Below, one piece after another: positions 24,865 to 34,161 of a DNA stretch of 41,233 bases. Position numbers and translations under genes: made by a program. Origin of the DNA: a virus (Duplodnaviria; Caudoviricetes); IMG/VR virus record IMGVR_UViG_3300028777_000007, positions 1-41,233 of that record; one strand, 5' to 3'. The notes beneath the pieces are model-generated. The model did not search any database. It had not been told where the DNA came from and saw only the letters and a list, made by a program, of their open reading frames with translations. Each line of letters starts with the position of its first letter. The first letter of the stretch is position 1.

Positions 24865-26108
24865 AGATTTTAATAACCTTTTTCCCGATAGATGATTTCG
24901 GGGGAATAACTAATCATAACGAGCAGCTATGCGCTGGGCTCAAAGAGCTCGGCCATGATGTCACCGTTAAGCTTCTCATGTGGCGTGATACGGCCCCCAG
25001 GACGGTAGCTGGGGGCCATGACGGATGGGAGCACGCTGGTCTGTCGTTTGATCAGCGCAAGGGCTACAGCTGGATAGCGCGTGACATCATCCCGTACAAA
25101 GGCGCTGAGAACTTGGCGCGTTGGAAGGAGTACGCAAGTGGCTACGACCTTATCATCTGGCAAGTGGCAGTTCCGACTAAACGAGCCGAGAATCGCGGCA
25201 ATACGGATTGGATTGAATTGTACAGGACATCTGTTCCTCAGGTCGCGGTCATTCATGACGGTAACTTCCTCGATTCTTACCCGTGGCTATCTCTTATCCG
25301 CGCCCGTCTGTCAGGACTCGCGTGTGTTCATACTTGCGCGTTTAATTCTGCGAAGAGCATTGACGTCAAGTCAGCTCTTATCGTTAACCCCCAGGAAATC
25401 GGTGCTGGGCCGGATCTAAGCCGAGAGGCATTCTTCCGGCGTCGTAAGGGCTTCCTCAGCTTGCAAACGTTTAAAGCCTGGAAGCGTGTACCCGAGCTCG
25501 CACAGGCCGTGCCGCATATGGGAGTAGGTATGACCAAGCTCCTAGCTGGCAAGGGCATTGACTACTATTATTTGACCAGCAAGGACAAATGCAAGTGGCC
25601 CGGTGCGTGGGACTCAGCGCTAAGTGCTGGCATGGAGTACCTTGATGTAGTTAATAACGGCCAACGAGACACCCTGCTGAGCAGCGTGACGACACTCATT
25701 GACGCCAGTTGGTCCAAGAAGTACGCCGGGATCGGGGGCCACTTCAACCGAGTATCCATTGACGCCATCAAGATGGGGGCCATGCCGGTCGTCCGTGATC
25801 TGGCGATAGGTACAGGCGATGACGAATTATTCAAAGATAATATTAACTGTCTGGTTATACCTTGGGACGCCACGAGCGGAGAGTTCGGCCACTTGGCAAC
25901 GGAGTACGCCAATCTACCATATGAGCAGTACCTGCGAATTATGGAGAAGGCTGTTGATCTGCTACCTCTTTTCGAGCGCAAGGCCATCGCCCAGCAATTC
26001 ATCGATCTGGGTACTGGGCGTGGTGCATCTAGTGTAGGCATCATGGACCCAGCGGTGTACACTAACAGCTTAGTGGCACTAAACAATTTCTTCGGGGATA
26101 GGACATGA
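24861..26108 (+). CDS. GT-B fold glycosyltransferase, putatively DNA-modifying
   Basis: MKILI......GG......L..GL.ELGHDV.V N-terminus; K.V..L..A; DAI.MGA.PVV C-terminal domain motif. Confidence 0.75.
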   Translation: MKILITFFPIDDFGGITNHNEQLCAGLKELGHDVTVKLLMWRDTAPRTVAGGHDGWEHAGLSFDQRKGYSWIARDIIPYKGAENLARWKEYASGYDLIIWQVAVPTKRAENRGNTDWIELYRTSVPQVAVIHDGNFLDSYPWLSLIRARLSGLACVHTCAFNSAKSIDVKSALIVNPQEIGAGPDLSREAFFRRRKGFLSLQTFKAWKRVPELAQAVPHMGVGMTKLLAGKGIDYYYLTSKDKCKWPGAWDSALSAGMEYLDVVNNGQRDTLLSSVTTLIDASWSKKYAGIGGHFNRVSIDAIKMGAMPVVRDLAIGTGDDELFKDNINCLVIPWDATSGEFGHLATEYANLPYEQYLRIMEKAVDLLPLFERKAIAQQFIDLGTGRGASSVGIMDPAVYTNSLVALNNFFGDRT

Positions 26109-26893
26109 GCAATGAATCGGCCGCCATCTACTTCAATTACATACGCGAGCGACAAGCTATATTTGACCTCCGTCGTGCTGGGGGCCCAGCTCCTTGGACC
26201 AAGGATCCAATTCTACAGGCGCATCACTTCTGTAATAACCGCCGCGAGGACGACCGCGTCACCAAGGAGTTGCGTAAAGTTGTTGTAGACGCCAATACGC
26301 CCTTTAACGCGCTGCCCTATGCCTATGCATTGGCACGGCTGTTTAACCGCGCCAGCACGCTCTCCAACGCGCTGGCGGGGCATGTTGAAGCGGTAAAGGC
26401 CCAGCGCGCACGGGGCGAACTGGTATTCCATGTCGCGTATGTGGTTAGCACTTGCGGCAAGTCAATGGACAAGGTGGACTATGTTTTCGACGTCGCTAAT
26501 GAGGTCTCTGGATTATTTGTACCGACAAACTCCCTCGCTGCTGCATTCAAGGCGTTGCGCTCCGTGGATGGTCTCGGCTCCTTCATGGCTGGTCAGATTG
26601 TGGCGGATCTCAAGAATGATCGATATCTGGCGGAAGCATATGATTGGAAGACTTGGTCTTGTCCAGGGCCAGGCAGCAAGAAAGGACTTGAATACATCTT
26701 CGACCAGCAGATCACCGACGGCAACTACGATCTCTTTATGGGGTTTCTGCAGCAAGCATTGCCGGAAGACATACGCGCCATGAAGCTCCATGCGCAGGAT
26801 CTTCAAAACACTCTATGCGAGTTCAGTAAATACTGGCGGTATCTGAACAAGATGGGGGGACGCCGCCGTGTCTTCAATCCGCGAGTGGTATGA
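26105..26893 (+). CDS. aGPT-Pplase1 family helical protein (thymine-hypermodification associated)
   Basis: ER..I...R..G...PWT.DPIL....F.N..RE.DR; G.G.F.A.Q...DL; GPG...GL; D.QN.LCEF.KY. Confidence 0.85.
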   Translation: MSNESAAIYFNYIRERQAIFDLRRAGGPAPWTKDPILQAHHFCNNRREDDRVTKELRKVVVDANTPFNALPYAYALARLFNRASTLSNALAGHVEAVKAQRARGELVFHVAYVVSTCGKSMDKVDYVFDVANEVSGLFVPTNSLAAAFKALRSVDGLGSFMAGQIVADLKNDRYLAEAYDWKTWSCPGPGSKKGLEYIFDQQITDGNYDLFMGFLQQALPEDIRAMKLHAQDLQNTLCEFSKYWRYLNKMGGRRRVFNPRVV

Positions 26894-26933
26894 CAAAAAG
26901 GTTAAAGACTCTAACGAGATGGGAGATGGTCTT

Positions 26934-27899
26934 ATGTTTACAGTTGAAGTTAACGGTGTGAATGATGCGTACGACAAAATCGTGCGCATGGTTGACCGCA
27001 TGGGCAGTGTATCCTCCAGCCGCAACGGAGCGGTTAAGGCGCTACCGGGCCCCCTACTCATGCGCTGCAATTGGCCCAAACGTAGAGTGCTATTCGATGA
27101 AAAACGTGATGCCAACCCGGTCTTCCATCTTATGGAGTCTCTTTGGATGCTTGCTGGGCGCAATGATACAGCGTTCGTTCAGCAATTCAACTCCAATATT
27201 GCCTCGTACAGCGATGACGGTACGTCGTTTAACGCGGCGTATGGATTCCGCTGGGCCAACCACTTCGGATACGATCAACTAGATATCGCGGTCGCAATGC
27301 TACGCGCCAACCCGGATGACCGGCGCGTAGTAATTAGCATGTGGGACGCAACACAAGACCTGAACTCGGCCAGCAAGGACATTCCCTGTAATACTCAGAT
27401 CATGCTGCGCTGCATCATGCAGGCCAAGACGCCAGTGCTGCACATGACCACGGTGAACCGCTCCAACGACATGGTGTGGGGCCTCTGCGGCGCCAACTTC
27501 GTACACCTCACCATTCTGCACGAATGGCTAGCCTCGGCGTGCGACATGCACCTTGGTCAGTGGAACCATATGTCCAACAACGCCCACCTCTATGAGCGGC
27601 ATTGGAAACTCGCCAAGGGCATACAGGCTAACCCCCACTTGTCCTATGCCCCTTATGAGGCGTATAGTACAATTTGCGAGGGTGGGGCCCAACTGTTCCG
27701 CAAGGAGTGCAACGCTCTCGTAGATGGGCAGGAAGATGACTTTGACGACCTGTTCATGTATAACACCGTGGCCCCCATGCTGAGTTCATGGAGGGCGTAC
27801 AAAGCAGGGGACAAGGCCACTGCGCTCTACGAGGCATCGTGCATTGATGCTTGGGACTGGCGCAAGGCAACCATTGAATGGTATAAACGTAGGAAGTGA
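26934..27899 (+). CDS. thymidylate synthase homologue, dUMP hydroxymethylase-like (start refined)
   Basis: SRNG, RDANP.FHL.E.LW, DIPCN (catalytic Cys), RSND..WG..GAN, H.YE.H; RBS gggag before ATG 26934. Confidence 0.85.
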   Translation: MFTVEVNGVNDAYDKIVRMVDRMGSVSSSRNGAVKALPGPLLMRCNWPKRRVLFDEKRDANPVFHLMESLWMLAGRNDTAFVQQFNSNIASYSDDGTSFNAAYGFRWANHFGYDQLDIAVAMLRANPDDRRVVISMWDATQDLNSASKDIPCNTQIMLRCIMQAKTPVLHMTTVNRSNDMVWGLCGANFVHLTILHEWLASACDMHLGQWNHMSNNAHLYERHWKLAKGIQANPHLSYAPYEAYSTICEGGAQLFRKECNALVDGQEDDFDDLFMYNTVAPMLSSWRAYKAGDKATALYEASCIDAWDWRKATIEWYKRRK

Positions 27900-27901
27900 T
27901 T

Positions 27902-28414
27902 ATGCTCAAACATATTAAAGTGGCCCGCATCGCCGGTAACGTCAAGCGCTACCACACCAGCGAGTTGCTGAAAGAAGAGAAGGTGGGCCAGCATACGTTC
28001 AATATGCTGAATATTCTGATGATACTTACAGACCGGCAAATGACCAACAAGTTGATGATGGCCTGCATTACGCACGACATGGGCGAGTACATGACCGGCG
28101 ACATCCCAAGCCCGGTTAAGAAGCTGGCCCCAGAGCTGAGAGCCACGCTCAACGAGCTTGAAGACAAGGCCATGCGCGAAGCCCATGTCGGCTGGTTCCC
28201 AGAACTAAGCGAGTGGGAGTACAAATTGCTCAAATTCGCCGATAACCTTGACGGGCTACTGAAATGCACCGAAGAGATGCGAATGGGCAACAAAACGGTG
28301 CAGTGGGTTGGAGAGAATTATTTGGCCTATCTGCGCAAAATGCCCGATCTGGGCCCAACCATGAATGACCTCATTAACGAAGCCGAAGTGGAGTTCAACC
28401 AAAATGCCTACTGA
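27902..28414 (+). CDS. HD-domain deoxynucleotide phosphohydrolase (YfbR/DatZ-like)
   Basis: VKRYH...E.VGQH, HD.GE..TGDIPSPVK, LK.AD.LD. Confidence 0.85.
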   Translation: MLKHIKVARIAGNVKRYHTSELLKEEKVGQHTFNMLNILMILTDRQMTNKLMMACITHDMGEYMTGDIPSPVKKLAPELRATLNELEDKAMREAHVGWFPELSEWEYKLLKFADNLDGLLKCTEEMRMGNKTVQWVGENYLAYLRKMPDLGPTMNDLINEAEVEFNQNAY

Positions 28415-28712
28415 GAACTACGAACAGATCAGCCTAATTGCTCAGAGCGATGTAGCTACGCTCCAAGAGAAGGGCAAGACATACGGCTCCAGCTGGAGCA
28501 ACCGGGGTGGGGTGGGAGCCTTCATGATGGCGGCCCGCAAATGGGACCGCATTGAGAACCAATGTAAGGCCAAAGGTTACGACATCTTCGAGGCGTGCCA
28601 TGATAGTGCTGAAGACGGTATTCTTGATGATATTGCTGATTTGCGTGCTTACTTGCTTCTTATTGAGTCGAAAGTGATGGATCTGTATTCCCCCGGCGCC
28701 AATAAGATCTAA
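28404..28712 (+). CDS. Nmad1/DUF1599-like nucleotide-modification-associated protein (start refined)
   Basis: L..K...YG.SW...G..G......K.DR......D.I.DL..Y..L. Confidence 0.75.
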   Translation: MPTENYEQISLIAQSDVATLQEKGKTYGSSWSNRGGVGAFMMAARKWDRIENQCKAKGYDIFEACHDSAEDGILDDIADLRAYLLLIESKVMDLYSPGANKI

Positions 28713-28717
28713 GAACT

Positions 28718-28744
28718 AGGCCCCTAATTAGGGGCCTTTTCTTT
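28718..28744 (+). terminator. terminator between the convergent genome arms
   Basis: Palindrome AGGCCCCTAATTAGGGGCCT followed by TTTCTTT. Confidence 0.8.
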
Positions 28745-28745
28745 G

Positions 28746-29966
28746 TCAGACTACATACCTCGCGTCGGCCGCGAAGGCCCCAGACCAAATGGCCGCCCCG
28801 GTGCCAGTAGCCGTCAGAGATAGTTCTGTGCCCCAAGGGCTAGATGTCCCCGTGCCAGTAGCTAAGTTCGCAGTCCCGAACTGAACGTATACCATGCTAG
28901 GCGTTGTCCTCATTTGAGCCGGAAAAATGCTATGACAATAGTACAGCTGACCGCTTGTGACGTTACCAGAGAAGATCAGAGGCTGGAAGCCAGAGGAACT
29001 CTCACGGTTGACAAGGAAGCGATAGCACCGTAGCTGCTCCAAGTATACATCAGGTATTGTGAACGCAGTCATTACGGACCCCGCCTCCAGTTTAACCCCC
29101 CAGAAACGATAGGTTCCAGAGTGCTGGCCAAGGGCCCCAGTAAGCGAGGACGTGCCAGTGTTGGAGTCCATCCAAATCCGTATGCAGGTGAAGTCAGACG
29201 ATGAGTCAGTGCCAAGAGTCTTACCGGAGACAGAAGGCATGGTGAACGTGCAAGAATATCGTGCCCAACCTGAAGCGGCCACCAAAGATATCTGCTGAAT
29301 GTATGTCTCAACTGCTGTTGATGGTGAACCAGTGGTGCCGAAGTTCTGCAATACACTGACCGCTATGGCGTTGTTCACACTCACGTTGGCCCAGAATGAG
29401 AACGTCACACTTTGCCCAGCAAGAGTTCTGACACTCTCAATGGGGAAATTCAGGTTGCAGTAGTTAGCCGCCGAGTTAACAGAAGTGACTACTGTCTCAA
29501 TATACGCCTGAGCATCCTGCACTGGCGGCGAAGTGCCCGGAGTGAACGCGATACGGTTGCAGGTATAAGTAGTCCCAACACTCTTCTCGCACACTTGGTC
29601 AGCGACGTATCGGGCCCCCGTGCCAGAGGTGAACGTGATGCCACCTTGGTACCATTGCATGGCGCCGTTTACCAGATAGTTGGGGTTCGAAATCCCCTGC
29701 ATCAAGTTCTGATCAATCTTAGGAAGCGTGACATTAGCGTCCAAGATATCCGTGGTGGTCACGGCATTGGCGGCTAGTTTGTTGGTCGTAACCGAGTTAT
29801 CCGCCAGCTTGGCGGTAGTAACAGAGCCATCAATGGACAGGCTGGCAGTTAGCGCCGTAGCGATGTCATTTAGCGTGTTATTAGCCCACGCGCTGGAAAT
29901 AGTGGTGCCTGTTACCACGGGGTTAAGCGCTGGCAATGTATAGTTGCCGAAAATATCACGAGGCAT
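28746..29966 (-). CDS. tail fibre/spike
   Basis: MPR...G.Y.LP..NPVV.GTTIS..WAN.TL.DIA.ALT.S anchor; VTTAKLA 10-aa repeats; carbohydrate-binding-like domain starting NYLVNG. Confidence 0.85.
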   Translation of the reverse strand: MPRDIFGNYTLPALNPVVTGTTISSAWANNTLNDIATALTASLSIDGSVTTAKLADNSVTTNKLAANAVTTTDILDANVTLPKIDQNLMQGISNPNYLVNGAMQWYQGGITFTSGTGARYVADQVCEKSVGTTYTCNRIAFTPGTSPPVQDAQAYIETVVTSVNSAANYCNLNFPIESVRTLAGQSVTFSFWANVSVNNAIAVSVLQNFGTTGSPSTAVETYIQQISLVAASGWARYSCTFTMPSVSGKTLGTDSSSDFTCIRIWMDSNTGTSSLTGALGQHSGTYRFWGVKLEAGSVMTAFTIPDVYLEQLRCYRFLVNRESSSGFQPLIFSGNVTSGQLYYCHSIFPAQMRTTPSMVYVQFGTANLATGTGTSSPWGTELSLTATGTGAAIWSGAFAADARYVV

Positions 29967-29967
29967 G

Positions 29968-32100
29968 TTATTCTCCAGAATTCATACGCAAGAGGATTGG
30001 AAGAAGGGCATTACGGGTTGAGTCAGTGGCCGCTTTGCCCACCGCTGGCGAGTTTACTACTGATTGAGGAATGCCCCGGCGTGTCAGCAAGTTGCCCGCC
30101 TCTGGAAGAGACCGCAGGATAGCCTCTATGATCCCGCGAGAACCAATGGCTCGGGCCCCATAGTTAGCAGCCGATTCATCCACTCCCACCTTAGCGCGTG
30201 GTGCTACGCTCGCAGCATTCTGCAAGAGCTCGCGGGTCGCGGCATCCACGCCGCCTTTGTTGGCAGCCGTTTCGATCTTGGCGCTCAGCGCGTTAACACC
30301 CATGCCCTCGGATCCAACACCTTTGCCGCCGCGCAGAACCTTGGCAAGACGATACTGAGCATTCAGCCCAGCACGGGCCCCCTGCTGATCAGCTGGGATC
30401 TCTGCGCCGATGTGAGCGTCTATGGCGTCGCGCATGGTGCGATAAGCCGTCTTCTCCTGGGGTGTGCCTTTGGTGGCAAGCCCGCTGAGCTGAGAGCGTA
30501 GCGCTTGTGCCTCTTCACCGGTCATAGGAGCCTGAGAGCGGCGCAGTAGATCATCAGCCGCCTTCATCACAGGATCGTTGGGGCTAGTATCCAGGCCCTT
30601 GCTCAAGTACTCTTGCCCAGCATCTAGGATCTTATTACGGAAATCCTTGCTAGGGGCCGCTGTGAGGCCTTTGGTCAAATCCCCAATCTTTCCACCGATG
30701 TTAGAGAGTTGGTTCTCAATTACATCGTTGGACAGTGTCTTACCGGGCGCGCCGATATTGGCAGCCAAGTTGCTGCTGACCCCAGCTCCAACCTCTGGCA
30801 GTGTGTCACCAGCGCCGCGCTGTAGAATGTTTGGGAGAACGCCGTCGTACTTAGCGCCCTGAGGGACATCTATGCCCTGAGTGCGCAGCTTATTCACAAT
30901 GGATTCACGCGCCGGGTCAAGCTTCCCTATGACCTTTTGCACAGCCGCCCCAGCGAGCGGCAGGGCGGCGCCAACCGCCCCACCTATGGCGGCATTAGCC
31001 CCTTGGCTCTCGGTTGCCGTGGTGGGCTGCACAAGCCCTTGCACAGCGCCCGTGCCTGCACCCGCTAGCACCTTACCCCCCAGCGTAGCGCCACCACCTG
31101 GAGCCGCACCAAATATAGCAGAATCCGCCAAGAAACGCCCGATATCAGATTCGCTCACGCCGCTACCGGGCGCGTCGGTCTTATTCCAATAATCATTAGC
31201 GTGCTGGTTCTCGGCGTTGATTTGATCAACTGTGCCCTTATCACCAGTAGCCTGATTGTATAACTTGCGAATTCCCTGTACAGTGCCGAGCAGGCTGCGG
31301 CCCATGCCAGCGGCGTCGGGCTGAGTATTATGCACTTGCTCAATATCATTCTGGAGTTTCTGCGTCCAGGTTGGATCCTGCGGCTGGGCCCCCTGCTGAG
31401 GAGGCATAGGCGCTTGCTGCTGAGGGTCAGTTTGCTGGGGCATAGGCGCTTGCTGGGCCTGCTGCGGCGCCTGTACTGGCGCTGGGCGCTTGCCAAAGGC
31501 ATTATCTAGTGCTGCGCGTAGGTCTTCCTGCGAGCCGCCAGCCTCTTGGACTTTTTGATAGATGGCCTTGATCTGGTCATTCTTGGTCATCTTTGCGGGC
31601 TCCGATGGCGCCTGTTCAGTATAGCCGTGATCAGCTATACTTTTGATGTAATTGCGTGTTTCATCAGGGAGAGTGGCGTTACCCGCCAGAACTTGTCGTA
31701 CTCTACCGGGGCCAGCGTTATAAGCTGCGAGCGCCGCGTTAGTGTTCCCGCCGAAGTCGTCCATCTGTTTGCGCATATAGGCGCGACCAATTGCTTCATT
31801 GTACGCCGCATCGTTCTTGAATGCAACTGGATCCCACTTTAAACCTGCTAGATCAGCGGCTTCTGGGCCCGTTGCTGGCATTACCTGAGCGATGCCAGTG
31901 GCGCCCTTAGAGGACACTGCTGATTGCTTGCCGCCCGACTCTTGGTTGATCTGGCGACCCCATACCTTTTCGGTAGGATCAGGCTGGATCTCGCCAGTTT
32001 TAACGTAATAGCCGACTCGCGCCTTGGCAGCATCCGGGTGATATCCAGCCGCGATAGACGACTCATAAAGATCAGCTGCCTTGGCGCGATCGAAGCTCAT
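29968..32100 (-). CDS. internal virion/ejection protein with an SLT lytic transglycosylase domain
   Basis: QESGG...AVS.KGA.G.AQVMP.T, ALAAYNAGPG, ETRNY. Confidence 0.88.
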   Translation of the reverse strand: MSFDRAKAADLYESSIAAGYHPDAAKARVGYYVKTGEIQPDPTEKVWGRQINQESGGKQSAVSSKGATGIAQVMPATGPEAADLAGLKWDPVAFKNDAAYNEAIGRAYMRKQMDDFGGNTNAALAAYNAGPGRVRQVLAGNATLPDETRNYIKSIADHGYTEQAPSEPAKMTKNDQIKAIYQKVQEAGGSQEDLRAALDNAFGKRPAPVQAPQQAQQAPMPQQTDPQQQAPMPPQQGAQPQDPTWTQKLQNDIEQVHNTQPDAAGMGRSLLGTVQGIRKLYNQATGDKGTVDQINAENQHANDYWNKTDAPGSGVSESDIGRFLADSAIFGAAPGGGATLGGKVLAGAGTGAVQGLVQPTTATESQGANAAIGGAVGAALPLAGAAVQKVIGKLDPARESIVNKLRTQGIDVPQGAKYDGVLPNILQRGAGDTLPEVGAGVSSNLAANIGAPGKTLSNDVIENQLSNIGGKIGDLTKGLTAAPSKDFRNKILDAGQEYLSKGLDTSPNDPVMKAADDLLRRSQAPMTGEEAQALRSQLSGLATKGTPQEKTAYRTMRDAIDAHIGAEIPADQQGARAGLNAQYRLAKVLRGGKGVGSEGMGVNALSAKIETAANKGGVDAATRELLQNAASVAPRAKVGVDESAANYGARAIGSRGIIEAILRSLPEAGNLLTRRGIPQSVVNSPAVGKAATDSTRNALLPILLRMNSGE

Positions 32101-33305
32101 TCCCCGTACTCCTTAATGATATCATCAAGAGGCGGAAGAGGCTGCTTGCCGTACTTCTGCTGGAGGTTCTTAGAACTAGGGTAGTCATACTGAGATTTAG
32201 GCGCGTTGGTCATATCAGGGGCCCCCTGCGCTGGGTCCTGGCCGCTGAGGCGCATATTCTTCTCACGCTCACGGTTAAGACGTGTCAGAACTTGGTTCAG
32301 CTGAGCAGTGGCTGTCTCTACATTGCCCTTGTCAAAGTTGACCTGAGCAGCCTGCATAAAGTCACGGTCGGCGTTGGAAATACCGGCGCCGAGCTTATTG
32401 CCCATAGCCTTCAGAGTCAAGCCACTAAGCGCCTGCTTCGCCATGACACCGTTAGGGTTGATGGCATCGGGTGCCAGACCCATGTTCAGCGGATTCCACT
32501 TGGCGTTGCGCGCCATTTCAATGACGTGCTTAACGTCCTCAATGTCACCCTGAGACCCCAGAAGATCTTCCTTAGCTTTAGCCTGCTGACGCGCTGTAAG
32601 CTTAGATTGTTCGGTCTCACGCACTGGCTTGTTAGCCGCGTTGATCCCTGCGATCTTCTCTTGCTGCGATCCTTTGAGTAGTTGCAGATCAGTTTGTTGC
32701 TGGCCCTTTTGAGTGAGCAGATCAGACTTCTGAGCAACTGTATTATCCCGCTTCTGCTGAGCGAAGGTGTTCTGCATCTCGCTGGCTTTGCGGGCCATAG
32801 CAGGATCTACACCGAACTTCGTGGCTACCTGCTCAGCGATGTCTGGGCTAGGGTTTTCGCTTTGCAGGTATTGCAGGAACGATCCCATAGCCTCTTTCTT
32901 TGGGGCCAGATGGGTAGTGAGAGCCTGTGCCATCCCTGGGATGCCAGCTTGGGCCCCCGCGAACAACTTCTGCGCTACGTCGTCACCCTGCAACGAGCTA
33001 GTCATGAACTGAGTGTTCAGATCCTTGACCGCAGCCTCTTTGGAGATAGCGTCTTTGCCAGCCTTGGCGGACATGTAGTTCGCCACGCCGCGCCCTACGA
33101 TATCACCGTAGTTAACCTGAGTTTCTCCCGGCATCTGGGCCATATGGCCCCCGATATTCGTGGTGAAGCCAGGCGATCCAACCACTGGCTGAGAGTTCTG
33201 GGGCATCGTGTTAGCGTAAGTCTGCTGATCAGCTCGGGCCTGAGTAGCCTGCTGCTGTAGCTGATTGCGCTGACGCAATTGATCAATGAGCATTTGGTTA
33301 TCCAC
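32097..33305 (-). CDS. internal virion/ejection protein
   Basis: Q/A-rich helical protein with a G.ISNAD motif; position in the tail cluster. Confidence 0.7.
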   Translation of the reverse strand: MDNQMLIDQLRQRNQLQQQATQARADQQTYANTMPQNSQPVVGSPGFTTNIGGHMAQMPGETQVNYGDIVGRGVANYMSAKAGKDAISKEAAVKDLNTQFMTSSLQGDDVAQKLFAGAQAGIPGMAQALTTHLAPKKEAMGSFLQYLQSENPSPDIAEQVATKFGVDPAMARKASEMQNTFAQQKRDNTVAQKSDLLTQKGQQQTDLQLLKGSQQEKIAGINAANKPVRETEQSKLTARQQAKAKEDLLGSQGDIEDVKHVIEMARNAKWNPLNMGLAPDAINPNGVMAKQALSGLTLKAMGNKLGAGISNADRDFMQAAQVNFDKGNVETATAQLNQVLTRLNREREKNMRLSGQDPAQGAPDMTNAPKSQYDYPSSKNLQQKYGKQPLPPLDDIIKEYGE

Positions 33306-33315
33306 GATATACCCC

Positions 33316-34161
33316 TTAGAAGATCTTATCCCAGAAGCCTAAAGTGAACCCATTGAGAAGGCCATTGGCGCCCTTCTTAGGATCACTCAGCCAAGTGGCT
33401 GGGTTGAAGCCGTTAGCAAAGTCTCCCATACGGAATCCTATGCCGCTATTGCCTATAGAGCCAGCATCATTGAGCTTATCAGCATTGATGATACTACCCT
33501 TGTTCTCGTTCATTTCCTTGTCGCCAAGGTAGCCCAGAGCAGCCAGACCCCCCAGCATGCCAGCTGAGCCCATAAGGCCAGCCCCCGCTGTGCTGCCACC
33601 AGCCGCCGCGCTACTGCCCCCTAGGGTTGCCCCGCCTGCTGCGCCTTCGCCCGCTAGCAAGCCTCCAGTGCCTCCTGCGGTGGTGCTTCCCAGTGTGCCA
33701 AAGGTGGCCGGGGCCGCACTGGCCGCTCCTTGATACCCGCCATAGGTTCCCAAAGACGACCCCAGACCTTCAGTGGCCCCGCCAGACGTCAGGGCCCCGC
33801 CGAGTTGATACCCAGTGCCTGGAGCCCCAGAACCAGCGTACGACGTGCCAAGCGCGCCGGAGCTATCTCCAGCCGAACCATTGATCATTCTGTTAAGGCC
33901 TCCGCGAGAGACGTTATTGTACGTCTTAGCGAGATCCATGGCGCTGTTCGCCATGCTAGGCTGAGACGTCTGGCCTTGATCTTGGTATGGCGATGCGCTG
34001 AATCCGCTATGGGTAGTGGAGTTACCCCCCATGCCCGAAACTCCCAGCATACCGGGGTTCGCCACTGCGGCCCCTCCTTGAGAAGCTTGTTGGCGGCGCT
34101 GCATATCTGCATTGACGCGCTGCGCGCGAAGCGCATTCGCCATCTGAGTATAGTCGGCCAT
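33316..34161 (-). CDS. Gly/Ala-rich internal virion protein
   Basis: Low-complexity G/A/S sequence with a hydrophobic stretch; position. Confidence 0.65.
   Translation of the reverse strand: MADYTQMANALRAQRVNADMQRRQQASQGGAAVANPGMLGVSGMGGNSTTHSGFSASPYQDQGQTSQPSMANSAMDLAKTYNNVSRGGLNRMINGSAGDSSGALGTSYAGSGAPGTGYQLGGALTSGGATEGLGSSLGTYGGYQGAASAAPATFGTLGSTTAGGTGGLLAGEGAAGGATLGGSSAAAGGSTAGAGLMGSAGMLGGLAALGYLGDKEMNENKGSIINADKLNDAGSIGNSGIGFRMGDFANGFNPATWLSDPKKGANGLLNGFTLGFWDKIF

Noticed and set aside
26934-27899. T4-like dCMP hydroxymethylase plus glucosyltransferase (glucosyl-hmC)
   Set aside because: The specificity position appears to be Asn rather than Asp, and aGPT-Pplase1 is associated with thymine pathways. 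Disfavoured but not excluded, because the alignment has a one-residue shift.
27902-28414. 2-aminoadenine (Z-base) pathway suggested by the DatZ-like HD protein, MazG and PolA
   Set aside because: No PurZ/adenylosuccinate synthetase homologue is visible, and the neighbouring genes point to pyrimidine modification.
31381-31490. QQAPMP repeats in the ejection protein and the 36-bp duplication in the scaffold gene as contingency loci
   Set aside because: In-frame low-complexity linker expansions that are common in such proteins.
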